Of a DNA stretch of 64,000 bases, positions 20,801 to 31,245 are shown one piece after another. The DNA is from Verrucomicrobiota bacterium (GTDB lineage Bacteria > Verrucomicrobiota > Verrucomicrobiia > Opitutales > Opitutaceae), in the NCBI GenBank assembly GCA_963205455.1, contig CAUJJL010000128.1, forward strand, positions 14,685 to 78,684. The letters run 5' to 3'. A program made the position numbers and the translations under genes. Each line of letters begins with the position of its first letter. Within the stretch, counting starts at the first letter, position 1. The notes under the pieces were generated by a model. That model ran no database searches. It was given only the letters and a program-made list of their open reading frames with translations, and had not been told where the DNA came from.

Positions 20801-21765
20801 ACGCCTTGCTCCGATACGCGTCGCCCATCCTTTTCGTCGTGGTCATCGCGACCTTCGGTGTGCTCTCGCCGAAGTTCATGACAGCGGACAATGCTCTCAA
20901 CATTCTCGTGCAGTCTGCTCCGGTTGGAATCGTTACGATCGGCATGACATTTGTCCTGCTCACGGCGAGTGTCGATCTGTCAGTCGGGGCGATCATGTTC
21001 CTTGCCGCTGGCATCGCGGGCAAGATGCTGCAGGCGGACATGTCTCTCTCAGTGGCACTCGGTACGATGCTTGTCATCGGAGTCGCATCAGGCGGAATAA
21101 ATGCCGCCTTCATCGCGCGCCTGCGCATCGCGCCGTTTGTGGTCACGCTTGCGTTTCTCTTCATTGGACGCGGCGTCGCACTCACGATCACACAGACGCG
21201 CGCGATGAATCTGCCCGAGGGTTTTCTCCGTCTGGGCTCTGCGCGTATTGGTGGCGTGCCACTTCCGCTTCTCATCTTTGGGATGATGTTGCTGATCGCT
21301 CATGCGACCCTCACCCGCACTCCCTTTGGTCGACAACTTTACGCCTTGGGACACAACCCGGTGACTGCGCGCAAGGCCGGGCTAAACACCTCGCTGCTGC
21401 TAGCCAGCGTTTTCCTTATCAGTGGTTTCTGTGCCGCGCTCGGTGCGATCCTTTCGCTTGCCCAGCTTGGTGCGGTCTCGCCCAAGTTTGGCGAAGCCTA
21501 CGAGTTCAAGGCCATTGCCGCGGCTGTGCTCGGCGGCGCGAGCCTTTTCGGCGGCCGAGGTACGGTGCTGCCCGGCACGCTGCTGGGTGTCGTGCTTATC
21601 CAATCCGTCGAGGCCGGCCTGGTCATCCTCAATGCGGATCCCTACCTTTACCCGATCATCACGGCCGCCATCATATTCATCGCTGTGCTGATCGACAGCG
21701 GCCGCAACACCCTGCTCGAACGCCTCAATCGACGACGCATCCGGAACGACAGCGCCCAGGCATAG
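20797..21765 (+). CDS. Sugar ABC transporter permease (second, RbsC-like)
   Basis: 322 aa, polytopic. ASVDLSVGA motif. Confidence 0.85.
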   Translation: MNALLRYASPILFVVVIATFGVLSPKFMTADNALNILVQSAPVGIVTIGMTFVLLTASVDLSVGAIMFLAAGIAGKMLQADMSLSVALGTMLVIGVASGGINAAFIARLRIAPFVVTLAFLFIGRGVALTITQTRAMNLPEGFLRLGSARIGGVPLPLLIFGMMLLIAHATLTRTPFGRQLYALGHNPVTARKAGLNTSLLLASVFLISGFCAALGAILSLAQLGAVSPKFGEAYEFKAIAAAVLGGASLFGGRGTVLPGTLLGVVLIQSVEAGLVILNADPYLYPIITAAIIFIAVLIDSGRNTLLERLNRRRIRNDSAQA

Positions 21766-21785
21766 GCCCGTGGTGTGTCACGCCG

Positions 21786-23753
21786 TCAGCCTGGGGATCC
21801 GACCCACTCCAGGCGAACAAATTGAAACCCTGTAAGTTCGACCTCATGGCCGCAACCCGCCTCGACTGCGATCTCGCGAGGTTTCCGATCGAGGAACGCA
21901 TCGGGTTCAGTCATCCAGGTCTCTGATGATCCCCAGTCGAGATCCAGGCGTCGCACGGCGCCAGCCAAGCCACGCACGAGGACTTTCCGGCGTGTCGTTG
22001 TGAGGTTTGCCAGCCACAGGCAGCGCCGCCGACCATGTGCCAATGCGATCGCTTCCACCTGCATAGGATCGCTCGAGACTGTCTCCAACACATCTCCTCC
22101 AGCATGAGATCCGATGGCAGCCAAGGCATAGTACAAAGGAAATACCTGCCCCGGTCTGGACGGAAACTGTGAAGATGCCGCCCCCTGCTTGCGCTCCATC
22201 ACTCCTCGCCATCCGATTGTTTCGAAGAAGGTCACGCTTTGCGCACCGCCTTCGGCCAGGCGCTTGAGCATCGAAAGTGTCCAGGCTGCGGCAAAAGGCG
22301 ACACCTGCCGCGAATCAACGTCTGCCGGAAGCTCATCCTTGCTCGCAGCCCCGTTCGCCGAGGTTGCCACGGGATTGAAGCGTGGCTTCAAGGTAATCGC
22401 GGAAACTGTCAGCGGCTTCCCGGGAAAATAGGTCCGCGCGCTTTCAAGCTGTGCAGTCACAGCAGTCGGCGTTTCGGCGATCGACGCATCGTCGAAGGCA
22501 TGAACCTGTGGGTTCATCGACCAGTGCACGAAATTGGCGATATCGTGGGGTGGACGAGCCTGGTTCAATTGATAAAAATCCGCATCGGTCCCGGCGCCGA
22601 TAGGCACACCGAGTGTCTTGAGATGAGCTCGACCAAACTCCACACGAGCGCGGGATATGGTTTTCTCGCCCCGACAATAAAGCAGAATGCGCGCAAGGGG
22701 GATTGATCGCATCGTGATTTCCTCCACCAAGGCGTCGAGATCACCGGCCTCGCCGTTGGCCGGCAAATGCACCGCAAGTTCGAGCGGAATATCCAAGGCA
22801 GCAGCTTCGTCACGCGCCGCGTCCAACGCTTCCCGCCAATCCGCGTTGTATAGTCGCACATCGACCCGCAGGTGATGAAGGTTGAGCGTCCGGAGTCGTG
22901 CGACGTCCATGCCTCCCAGTTGCTCGCGTGCGCGGTTGCAACCGAGTCCGATCGCCGGGAGCTTCCTGCGCCGTGATAGAACATCGACAACCGCCGATTT
23001 CAACAGCAGCGTTTCCGGCGCCCGGAGGACGCCTCCTTCTGCGCTCATCCCAAGCGTGATTTCCTGTTGAATGTGGGTTCCTGAGGGAATCTCCACGGGA
23101 AAGGGCAGATGAAGCGGCGTGCAATACGTCTTGAAGCTGGCATCAATCCAATTGCGCTGGTCTTCCATTTCAAAGCGGTTGCCCTGAAACCGCAGCGTCG
23201 CCCAGACACCGGGCGACACCTCATGCGCAAGCGCGGCGAGATCAGAGAATCCTGGTACCGGCTGTGCTGGCTCGACCCATTGCGGGAAATTCAACTCAGC
23301 CATCCCTCCCGCGATGCGCTCCACCCGACAACGCGCGCCTGCACACTCCGCCGGGTGCAGCACGCAGATGCCAATGCGATTCCGAAGGAACGTTGTCCGT
23401 GCCTCACCATCAAACGTCAAATGCACGATACCGTCGGCGCTTCCCGTCATCGCCACTCGCGCCACGAAGTGAATTCCCTCCTGCCGGAAGATTGCCGTGT
23501 AGGTGATACGAAACGCATCCGCATCGATGCGGATCTCGCGTTCGCCGATTTCCATGGGAACCGTACCCCAATCCCGGTCACGCACTGCGACGTAAATGCG
23601 TCGGATCACTTCCCGGTCCCCCAACCGGATGCTGCGAAGGTCGCCTTTGCTGAACTCAAGTGTGAGTGGACCGCTTCGCAATGGGATGAGTCCCGAGGCT
23701 GGAGGAAGCGGAGTTGATGTCGGCGAGGAAGCTGGATGCATGTTGGAGCCCAA
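21786..23753 (-). CDS. Hypothetical protein (655 aa), no family recognised
   Basis: Long ORF with non-repetitive, protein-like composition. Co-directional with the beta-helix and MFS genes downstream. Confidence 0.55.
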   Translation of the reverse strand: MGSNMHPASSPTSTPLPPASGLIPLRSGPLTLEFSKGDLRSIRLGDREVIRRIYVAVRDRDWGTVPMEIGEREIRIDADAFRITYTAIFRQEGIHFVARVAMTGSADGIVHLTFDGEARTTFLRNRIGICVLHPAECAGARCRVERIAGGMAELNFPQWVEPAQPVPGFSDLAALAHEVSPGVWATLRFQGNRFEMEDQRNWIDASFKTYCTPLHLPFPVEIPSGTHIQQEITLGMSAEGGVLRAPETLLLKSAVVDVLSRRRKLPAIGLGCNRAREQLGGMDVARLRTLNLHHLRVDVRLYNADWREALDAARDEAAALDIPLELAVHLPANGEAGDLDALVEEITMRSIPLARILLYCRGEKTISRARVEFGRAHLKTLGVPIGAGTDADFYQLNQARPPHDIANFVHWSMNPQVHAFDDASIAETPTAVTAQLESARTYFPGKPLTVSAITLKPRFNPVATSANGAASKDELPADVDSRQVSPFAAAWTLSMLKRLAEGGAQSVTFFETIGWRGVMERKQGAASSQFPSRPGQVFPLYYALAAIGSHAGGDVLETVSSDPMQVEAIALAHGRRRCLWLANLTTTRRKVLVRGLAGAVRRLDLDWGSSETWMTEPDAFLDRKPREIAVEAGCGHEVELTGFQFVRLEWVGSPG

Positions 23754-23898
23754 ATGTCCGATGTGCAGTCCTCACTTGCGTGCATTTGTCGGATGCACAT
23801 GGGAGCTCATGATCGCGCCGAGTCTGGACATGACGCGACGCTACTTGCAGCAGAAAATCGGTCAACGTTGGCGGATGGAGACTCTATTCCGACACGAT

Positions 23899-25788
23899 TT
23901 ACCGGCCCTGCTGCCCTGCATTGACTCGACTGAAGGGCAGATTGGGAAAGCGGAGGTGATGGTATGGTGTTTCCAGTCCGGCAGTGTCGATGATGGCCTT
24001 GGCGGGGGCGGGCCAGTTCCGGTCAGGGAAGACCTGCGCGGGTTCAACGCGATTGTCCGAGCCATCGTCACGGAGAGCGGCGGTGTCGGCGAAATTTTGT
24101 TCGATGGTGTTGCCACGGATATTGGGATTCCAGAGGAAGAGCCATCGGATGGAGTGCGCGACAACGTTGTCGTGGATTGTCAGGCCTTCAGAAAACTGAT
24201 CGGGGTAGATCGCTCCGCCGGCCTTGGTGTTCGCATCAGGTGGCAGCATGTGCGCAATGTAGTTAAACGCGATCTCCGTGCTGGGTTGGCGGTCGGTCGT
24301 ATAGATGCCGCCGCCGTCATCGAGGCGTAGCATGAAGTGGCTGACGCGATTGTGCAGGATGCGATTGTGACCTGTACCCGGCGGGGCTGATGGATTGCCC
24401 CAACCCCAGCCGACGCTGATGCCGGTATAGGGTACTTCGGATATCTCATTGTGGACTATGACCGTCTCGCCTGTGTAGTAGGCAAGGATTGCAACGGAAC
24501 CGAAGTAGTCCTCACCGATACGCGTAAGGAGATTGTTGGCGATTGTGTTGCGTCGAGGAATCAGGCGCGGACTGGCGGGTCGGGCCGCATCACTCCCGAA
24601 CTCAATGCCGCCACCCGCGAGGTCGACGAATGAATTGCCCTTCAGGATGTTGTCATCGCCCGAGATGAATTGCACACCCGTGCCCCCCAGATGGGTGAAG
24701 GAGCAGCCGCGTAGCGTGATATGGTCCGCAAAGGCAGCCTGGAACGCAGCAGGTATGCGGTCCTTGCGCTGGTTGTGACGATAGTGTGCGTCAACCGCGC
24801 CGACAGGGTCGGAGGGGACGAGTGAGTTGGCCTGCACGTCAACGAATCCGGCACGATTGGGTCGTGTCCATCCGGTGTGGGAGAAAGTGAGGCCCTCGAA
24901 CCGCAGATGATGAACCGGTGCTTCGAGAGTGCCGGCGAGTACGATGAGGCTTTCCAACTCGGGCCGGATGATCACGGCCTTTGCAGGATCTTCGTCGATT
25001 CGTGGGCGGTAGCGCAGGATGCCGGCGGTGCGCTCAAGATAGAATTCCCCTGGGGCGTCGAGGAATTCCGGGGCATTCTCCAGCCAATAGTGGCGATTGA
25101 GGTAGTCCCGATTGCCCTGGGGCTGATGGGTAACTGCATCCCATTCAATCGGGTTGATTACGGCGCGCACGGTGCCGCCGAGATCGACCGTGCGTGCGAT
25201 GCGCAGGCGCTTGTGCATCCAGGCGATGGCGATGGACAACTCGACCTCATTCGGGTGGAGCGTCACACCGTCGAGCTGACTGCGAGGCAGGTCAATTCCG
25301 TCTGACTGTCTTTCACTATTCAGCACAAAGGTCTGTCCGAAGTTGGGAGTTCGTGCCCGCACAGCGCGGCGACCGTCGACCCAGAGCTGGCGAAAATCGA
25401 TGTCTCGTCCGACATCGGCCATGCAAAGACCTTCGGATTCACGCGTCCAAGGACCGACAGTCCTCCCGCCACTCAGCACGACCTCGGTTCCCGGAGCGCT
25501 GCGATAAATCACTTCTCTGCCTTCGCGGCCGGAGTCGGCTGCCTCGAATCGGACCGGAGCTGCAAGGTAGTAGGTCCCGCCGTGTAGCTCGATGACGATG
25601 TCGCCCTCGCTTGCGGGGTGCTTTTGTAGATAGTGGCGCACCGCCAGTCGTGCACGGTCGAGGCTGGCAAAAGGTTGTGCGCCACTGCCGTCGTGGGCGT
25701 CATTTCCTGAAGGATTGACGTGGAAAAGAGGAGTGGATTGTGCAGGTAGCAGGCCAGCAAAAATGAACAGGGGAATCAGGCGCTTCAT
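23899..25788 (-). CDS. Secreted right-handed parallel beta-helix (pectin-lyase-fold) protein
   Basis: 629 aa. Signal MKRLIPLFIFAGLLPAQS. Recurrent turn motifs (HNEISEVPYTGISVGWGWG, HNRVSHFMLRLDDGGGIYT, LKGNSFVDLAGGGIEFG). Confidence 0.75.
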   Translation of the reverse strand: MKRLIPLFIFAGLLPAQSTPLFHVNPSGNDAHDGSGAQPFASLDRARLAVRHYLQKHPASEGDIVIELHGGTYYLAAPVRFEAADSGREGREVIYRSAPGTEVVLSGGRTVGPWTRESEGLCMADVGRDIDFRQLWVDGRRAVRARTPNFGQTFVLNSERQSDGIDLPRSQLDGVTLHPNEVELSIAIAWMHKRLRIARTVDLGGTVRAVINPIEWDAVTHQPQGNRDYLNRHYWLENAPEFLDAPGEFYLERTAGILRYRPRIDEDPAKAVIIRPELESLIVLAGTLEAPVHHLRFEGLTFSHTGWTRPNRAGFVDVQANSLVPSDPVGAVDAHYRHNQRKDRIPAAFQAAFADHITLRGCSFTHLGGTGVQFISGDDNILKGNSFVDLAGGGIEFGSDAARPASPRLIPRRNTIANNLLTRIGEDYFGSVAILAYYTGETVIVHNEISEVPYTGISVGWGWGNPSAPPGTGHNRILHNRVSHFMLRLDDGGGIYTTDRQPSTEIAFNYIAHMLPPDANTKAGGAIYPDQFSEGLTIHDNVVAHSIRWLFLWNPNIRGNTIEQNFADTAALRDDGSDNRVEPAQVFPDRNWPAPAKAIIDTAGLETPYHHLRFPNLPFSRVNAGQQGR

Positions 25789-27005
25789 TGGGCCGCTGGG
25801 GTGGAGAGCAGTGGCTTGGCTCGCCAGAGCAGGATTGCGGCGAGGGGGTGGAGGCAGGCAAGACCGACAAAAACGAGAATATATCCCGCACGATCAATGA
25901 GGGGGCCGGCGAGGGCATTGATGATCAGGCCTCCCGTGGCACCGGTGGCGCCAAGGAGCCCGGCGATGGTTGCGGCGGAGTTCTTCGGAAAAATATCGGC
26001 GACGAGCATGCTCTGGCCGAAAAACCAGATCTGGCAGACCATCGCCACAAGGGAGATCATCACGAGGGCGGCGGTGATGTTGGTCGCAAACGTCGTGAAT
26101 GCCCCAACGGGCGCCATTACAGCCATGACGGCAAACATGACTATGCGCACCCTCACTGGTGAAATTCCCCGACGAACATACCGGTCGGCAGTCCAGCCCG
26201 CCACGACCACCGCCAAGGATCCGAGAATCGACGGAATCGGGCCCAGCCAGCCGAGTTGCGACAGCGTGAGGCCGAGTCGTTCCTGGAGATAACCTGGCAG
26301 CCAGGAGAGGTGGAAATACCAGACCGGATCGGTCATCGCGCGTACGGCCAGCAGCAGCCAGACTCGATTATCCTGCAGGATTGTCTTGAGGGGTGGCGTG
26401 ACGGTGGGGGACTCCGTCTCGACTGGAAAATTCGGCGGGTTCCGATCACTCACATACCAGGCGGTCGCGAGGCCGATACCGACGATACCCGGGACGATGA
26501 AGGCCATGTGCCAGCTCCATTGGAGGGAAATCTGGGCGACAAGAGGCGGGGCGAGGATGGCTCCGACCGTCAAGGACGGGCTCAACAGGCTCCAGGCAAA
26601 GGCGCGCCGTTCCTTGGGAAACCACGTCATCATGACGCGTGTGATCGCCGGGAATGCCCCGGGCTCCGCGGCTCCAAGCAGAGCGCGGCAGGCGGTGAGT
26701 TGGCCGAAGGTCTGCGCCAAGCCACTGAGAACATTGGCGATGGACCACAGGCCGGTAAAAAGGCTCAAGCTGACGCGAGTCCCCAGTCGATCCACAAGTC
26801 GACCACCAAGGATGTAGAAGACGACGTATGGCCCCATGAATGCAGTCAGGAGCCAGGAGTAATGGGTGTCTGTGAGTTCCAGCTCGAGCTTGAGCGTGGC
26901 CTTTAGGATGGAGAGGGTCTGGCGGTCGAGGTAGTTGAGGAGGCCGATGCCGAACAGCAATGCCAGCAGCAGCCAGCTCCGGCGACCAAGGGTGGGAGCG
27001 GTCAT
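25785..27005 (-). CDS. MFS transporter (ACS/hexuronate-like)
   Basis: ORF 25785-27134. Likely start is the ATG at 27005 (MTAPTLGRRSW..). LNYLDRQTLSILKATL motif and multiple TM segments. The stop overlaps the beta-helix gene start. Confidence 0.85.
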   Translation of the reverse strand: MTAPTLGRRSWLLLALLFGIGLLNYLDRQTLSILKATLKLELELTDTHYSWLLTAFMGPYVVFYILGGRLVDRLGTRVSLSLFTGLWSIANVLSGLAQTFGQLTACRALLGAAEPGAFPAITRVMMTWFPKERRAFAWSLLSPSLTVGAILAPPLVAQISLQWSWHMAFIVPGIVGIGLATAWYVSDRNPPNFPVETESPTVTPPLKTILQDNRVWLLLAVRAMTDPVWYFHLSWLPGYLQERLGLTLSQLGWLGPIPSILGSLAVVVAGWTADRYVRRGISPVRVRIVMFAVMAVMAPVGAFTTFATNITAALVMISLVAMVCQIWFFGQSMLVADIFPKNSAATIAGLLGATGATGGLIINALAGPLIDRAGYILVFVGLACLHPLAAILLWRAKPLLSTPAAQ

Positions 27006-27090
27006 GGGAGATCTCGCCACAGGGTGCGGCACAGGAAGGGAGCCAAGGACGTATTGGAGGCTGCGCAAAGCATGCCGACACTGAAACTGT

Positions 27091-28128
27091 TCAGGACTCC
27101 GCGGCTGCCTCGGAAGACTCGCGCCAGTCGCCACGAATCTGAACCCATTGTGGGTGGTCCGGCAGCCCGAAGCTTCGGCTCTGTTCGAGGCCGGTCACGA
27201 GGTCCACCGCGGCCCGGGCAGCCAGATCATAGCGCTGTTGGATGCCGGGTAGTCCGAGGGGATCGCCAGCCTGCCAGTTGGCGCACCAGACGCGCCCCGC
27301 GCCACGGAGTCTTTCCAACGACGGTGTCTGGATCGATGACCACATTTCACGCTGAAGCAGAAGGATGCCGTCGGGTTCGTGTGTGCGGAGCCAACCGGGA
27401 AACTCGCGCGGGTTGCGCTGATCTAGCGCGAAGATGAGACTGCGGGCCTTTGCCTCGGAGGGATGATGCGTCATGAAGGCGGCCTTGACCGCGCTGTCGG
27501 TGCGCAGATTGATCTCCTCGGTCAGCACGATCGCAGGGCGTGTTACCCCGAGCGCGGTCATGCGCTGCAGACACTCGCAGACCGCGTGATAATGGTCGTG
27601 GGCAATTCGGTGAAGCTCTACAGGCCAGCGTGCATGCCCGAGCACGACGCAGGCGAATTGGTCCCAGTCCAGTCGATAGTCGGCGGTCACACCCTCAATG
27701 CTGGGGGAGAATATGACGCTGCTTATGCCTCGGGCGCGGAGGATGCCCGAGAGGCGCGCGCCACTCAATCGATCTTCAGTCGGCCAGAAATCCTCAAGCA
27801 GATAGCCGCGGAGCCGGGCACGCACAGTGGCGCCCTCGCGCATCTGAACGAAGAACGTTTCACTGCGGGTCTGAGTTCGTCGGCCCTGCATCCATACGAT
27901 GGCAATGCGACCCGACGAATGCACCGGGCGTCCGCGTCCGATGTGGGCCATCAGCGCAGAAATCTGTGGATCGGGCCGGTAACCGAGCCGTGTCGCCAGG
28001 CTTTGGATGCGGTGGCAGGTCTCGGGTGGAATGCTGGGATGGTTGCGCAGGGCGTAGGAAACCGTGGAGACCGCCACACCAGCCTTGGCGGCAATATGCT
28101 TTAGGGTGCAGCGGGGCGGCAGCGACAT
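27091..28128 (-). CDS. LacI-family transcriptional regulator
   Basis: ORF 27091-28188. Likely start is the ATG at 28128 (MSLPPRCTLKHIAAKAGVAVSTVSYALRN, HTH), followed by a periplasmic-binding-fold body. Confidence 0.85.
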   Translation of the reverse strand: MSLPPRCTLKHIAAKAGVAVSTVSYALRNHPSIPPETCHRIQSLATRLGYRPDPQISALMAHIGRGRPVHSSGRIAIVWMQGRRTQTRSETFFVQMREGATVRARLRGYLLEDFWPTEDRLSGARLSGILRARGISSVIFSPSIEGVTADYRLDWDQFACVVLGHARWPVELHRIAHDHYHAVCECLQRMTALGVTRPAIVLTEEINLRTDSAVKAAFMTHHPSEAKARSLIFALDQRNPREFPGWLRTHEPDGILLLQREMWSSIQTPSLERLRGAGRVWCANWQAGDPLGLPGIQQRYDLAARAAVDLVTGLEQSRSFGLPDHPQWVQIRGDWRESSEAAAES

Positions 28129-28188
28129 TGGCTGAACGATTTCAGTGGCGTGCCCGGCTCGGCGCAATGTCCGAATGTGTCTCGACAT

Positions 28189-29436
28189 TCATTGCTCGGG
28201 AGAAGCGACGACGAGCACACCACCGAGAGTCAGGCGGTTCTGAGCATAAGGAGCCTGCTCGGTGACCGGCCTGCCCGCCTTCGCCTTTATTGCGAGCTTG
28301 TCTGGCGCGGCCTCGATGAACTCAACCCGCACGTGGTGCCGACCCGGAGGAAGCCTACCGGGATAAAACCATTCTCGGGCGCGACAAAACGTTGGGCTGA
28401 CAAAGCCATCGAAGAAGGTGGCCTCGAGGAGTGGCAGATCGTCGACTTTGACTCGGAAGCTGCCGCTGTCCGGAGCAGCGATTCCGAGAAGACCGAAGAT
28501 TCCGCCGGTGAACTCAAACTCAATCGAATCGCCAGGCGTGGAGGTGCGCCACAGTGGGGGTAAGAGGTGTTTTGTGGCGCCTCGAAGGTTGGCGTCGTCC
28601 AGGGGTACGGGCAGCCATTTGCCGTGGCGATTGACTTCGTCGAGCTGGCGCATGCCGGCGCCTTCCCAGTTGTCGACATGCAACGGAGGCGGCAGCGCAT
28701 GCGGGGCTGTCTTCGAAGTTTGGAGGAGAACGGGCAGCGCACGCTCGATCGCGGCGAGATACACCCGATGCCCTGCTGCCGTGGGGTGCACTCCGTCGAT
28801 CGAGAAGGTGCGCTTGTCGGTTGGTGCCTCCGGAGCCTTGAAGACGAGTTCTCGCGCGGCAATGAGTCGTGCAACCTCAATGCCGAAATGGAGTGACGGG
28901 ATGTCGTAGTGCGCGGCGATGCGTTCCATTGCCTGTGCCGCAGCAGGGAAGTTGCCGGCCTGAAGGTCGGCAAGACCCGGGGTCGAGACGGTATAGACGA
29001 ACCAGATGTCGGTGTACGGGTTGGCGTGCCAGGTCTGCCTCACTATTCCTTCCATGGTCTGCTCAATTTGTTCGGGTAGAGCGTTGCTGTCGTTTACAGC
29101 GAACTCGACAAAAAGCAGATCCGGCCGGTGACGAAGCACGTCCCGGCTTAGCCGGCAGGCGCCGAGATTGGAGCCGGTTCCGGGCAGACCGGCGGCGATT
29201 TCCTGAATGGTCAGTCCAGGGAACCTCCGGTCAAGCAGCACGGTCGTTAGGCTGCGCCATCCGTCGCCTGCCGCAGTAATGCTGCCGCCGAGGTAGGCAA
29301 CGCGGAATTCCCCTCTTGTGCGGCTTGCGAGGTTTGGAAGTCCACCGCGCTCATGCAACTCCGGTTCGCGACCGCAGACCACCGAAGTCGCCAGCGCGGC
29401 GGCAAGGATACAGCGCAGGAGTCGGTGGGCAGGCAT
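28189..29436 (-). CDS. SGNH/GDSL-family hydrolase (carbohydrate esterase-like)
   Basis: 415 aa with a signal peptide. SGNH blocks YLGGSITAAGDGW, GLPGTGS, EFAVNDS, DGVHPT. Confidence 0.8.
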   Translation of the reverse strand: MPAHRLLRCILAAALATSVVCGREPELHERGGLPNLASRTRGEFRVAYLGGSITAAGDGWRSLTTVLLDRRFPGLTIQEIAAGLPGTGSNLGACRLSRDVLRHRPDLLFVEFAVNDSNALPEQIEQTMEGIVRQTWHANPYTDIWFVYTVSTPGLADLQAGNFPAAAQAMERIAAHYDIPSLHFGIEVARLIAARELVFKAPEAPTDKRTFSIDGVHPTAAGHRVYLAAIERALPVLLQTSKTAPHALPPPLHVDNWEGAGMRQLDEVNRHGKWLPVPLDDANLRGATKHLLPPLWRTSTPGDSIEFEFTGGIFGLLGIAAPDSGSFRVKVDDLPLLEATFFDGFVSPTFCRAREWFYPGRLPPGRHHVRVEFIEAAPDKLAIKAKAGRPVTEQAPYAQNRLTLGGVLVVASPEQ

Positions 29437-29445
29437 TGGAGGAAT

Positions 29446-31245
29446 CTATTTCGCGTAGGCGCGAATCTCAAATACGCGGGCCTGAGGCACGCCATGGGTC
29501 GACTTCACAAACACACGCAGCGTCTGCGCGGTCATCGGAGAGGCGAGGCGGTGAATGCGTTTGCGAAGGATGTTGTCGGTGGCGCTGATGACGGCGCATC
29601 CGTCGAGGAGGATCTCATAGTCGCGCACGAGTTCCGGTTGGGGCCCTCGGATGATCCTGCGTGTCGTGTGGTCGCTGGCGCTCAAGGTAAGCTCCCGTTG
29701 AAAGCCGGAGTCGAAGGTCAGGTGGATCTCTGCGATCGAGACGGGTGCCGACCAGGCGAGTTCCACCCACGCCGGCAGGGTAACAGATTCCCAGCGATGT
29801 GTTGCGCCATCGGCCCAAGGACCGAGAGCCGTGCGGTGTTCGCGAGTGGCGCCGTCGATGGCCTGGGACGCTGGGCCGGCGACTGTTTCGCTGGAGGCCG
29901 ATACACGGGCGGAACGTGCCAGGTCATCCGGGTCTGTATTCCGGTAGCTTGGCAGGAAGGCATCGTCGCGCAACAGGCGCTGTTGCAGACGGACGGTTTC
30001 ATCGGCTGTGAAATGTGCGGTGATTGTGGTCGCTCCGGAGGACGCCATGAGGGCTGCCGCGGTGCCGACGGCCTGCCCCATAACGCCGCAGGTGGCCATG
30101 ACCCGTGTGCTCGCAAACGCGACATGGGTAGCGCTGATGTTGCGTCCGGCGAAGAAGAGGTTGGCGACATTGCGCGAATACAACGAGTCCAGCGGAATCG
30201 AGTAGAGATGCTGCAGGTGGATGTGTCGGCATGGCGCCTCGTCGATGGCATCGATTCCGTTCGGCGGGTGAAGGTCCAGCGGCCAGCCTCCGTAGGCAAC
30301 AGTGCTGGGAAAGATCCGGCCCTCCTGGAGATCCTGCTGTGTGAGGACATGCGGGCCGAGGAAGCGACGGGACTCGCGCTTTCCCGGTAGCCCGCCCACC
30401 CACTCGAGTGCCCAATGGGATGAATCAGGGTGATTGCCGGAATTCTTCACATGGTCCCAGAGACCCAACGCGATGCGCAGTAGTTCGTGGCGGATGGAGG
30501 CATTATCCTTGATCGTATCCAATTGCCCGCCCCACTCAGCCCACCAGTAGCCGTATTCGTAACTCTCGATAGGACGGAAGATGAACTCATGCTTTTGAAA
30601 CTTGCGTGCCCAGGATGGCGCCTGGAATGGCTGTGGGGTATCGTAACGCCGCGCCGTAAACAGGATTGAGCTGCCGAGCGTCTGCCGATCGGCGGTATCG
30701 AGTGCGAGAGATTCGCCGTACTCAGCCTTGGCTTCGCGGCCTACCGTGAAATCCGCCCCCGCTTCAACTCCGAGCCGGCCGTCGCCGGAACAGTCAGCGA
30801 ACAATCCGGCATGAATCGTGAAGATGTCCTCGGTTGAATGACGCACCCCCTCGATGCTCTTGATGATGCGCTGTCCACCGAAATGGCCGACGGAAGCGCA
30901 GCCGGTGCAGGTGGTATCGAGCAGGAGTGTGATGTTCGGCTCAGTTACAATCTTTTCGTAGAGGAGCAGATCCCACTGGGAGTAGGATCGGTGCGGATTG
31001 CGCGCCGCATCCTCGAGCCGCAATTCCTCGATGATGCCGGATTCGCGTGCACCCGGACGTCGCCCGTGAAAATCCGCGCCGACCGCATGCATGCGGATTT
31101 CGCTGGATGCATTGCCGCCCAGCACGGAACGGTCCTGCAGCAGGACGACCCGGGCGCCGTTACGGGCGGCGGAAAGCGCGGCACAGACACCCGCAAGTCC
31201 TCCACCCACGACAACGAGATCGGCATGAAGTTCGTGATGGGTCAT
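29446..31245 (-). CDS. FAD-dependent oxidoreductase with C-terminal discoidin (F5/8 type C)-like domain
   Basis: 599 aa. DLVVVGGGLAGVCAALSAARNGARVVLLQDRSVLGGNASSE dinucleotide-binding motif. The C-terminal ~150 aa resemble a carbohydrate-binding discoidin fold (..WVELAWSAPVSIAEIHLTF..VFEIRAY). Confidence 0.8.
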   Translation of the reverse strand: MTHHELHADLVVVGGGLAGVCAALSAARNGARVVLLQDRSVLGGNASSEIRMHAVGADFHGRRPGARESGIIEELRLEDAARNPHRSYSQWDLLLYEKIVTEPNITLLLDTTCTGCASVGHFGGQRIIKSIEGVRHSTEDIFTIHAGLFADCSGDGRLGVEAGADFTVGREAKAEYGESLALDTADRQTLGSSILFTARRYDTPQPFQAPSWARKFQKHEFIFRPIESYEYGYWWAEWGGQLDTIKDNASIRHELLRIALGLWDHVKNSGNHPDSSHWALEWVGGLPGKRESRRFLGPHVLTQQDLQEGRIFPSTVAYGGWPLDLHPPNGIDAIDEAPCRHIHLQHLYSIPLDSLYSRNVANLFFAGRNISATHVAFASTRVMATCGVMGQAVGTAAALMASSGATTITAHFTADETVRLQQRLLRDDAFLPSYRNTDPDDLARSARVSASSETVAGPASQAIDGATREHRTALGPWADGATHRWESVTLPAWVELAWSAPVSIAEIHLTFDSGFQRELTLSASDHTTRRIIRGPQPELVRDYEILLDGCAVISATDNILRKRIHRLASPMTAQTLRVFVKSTHGVPQARVFEIRAYAK

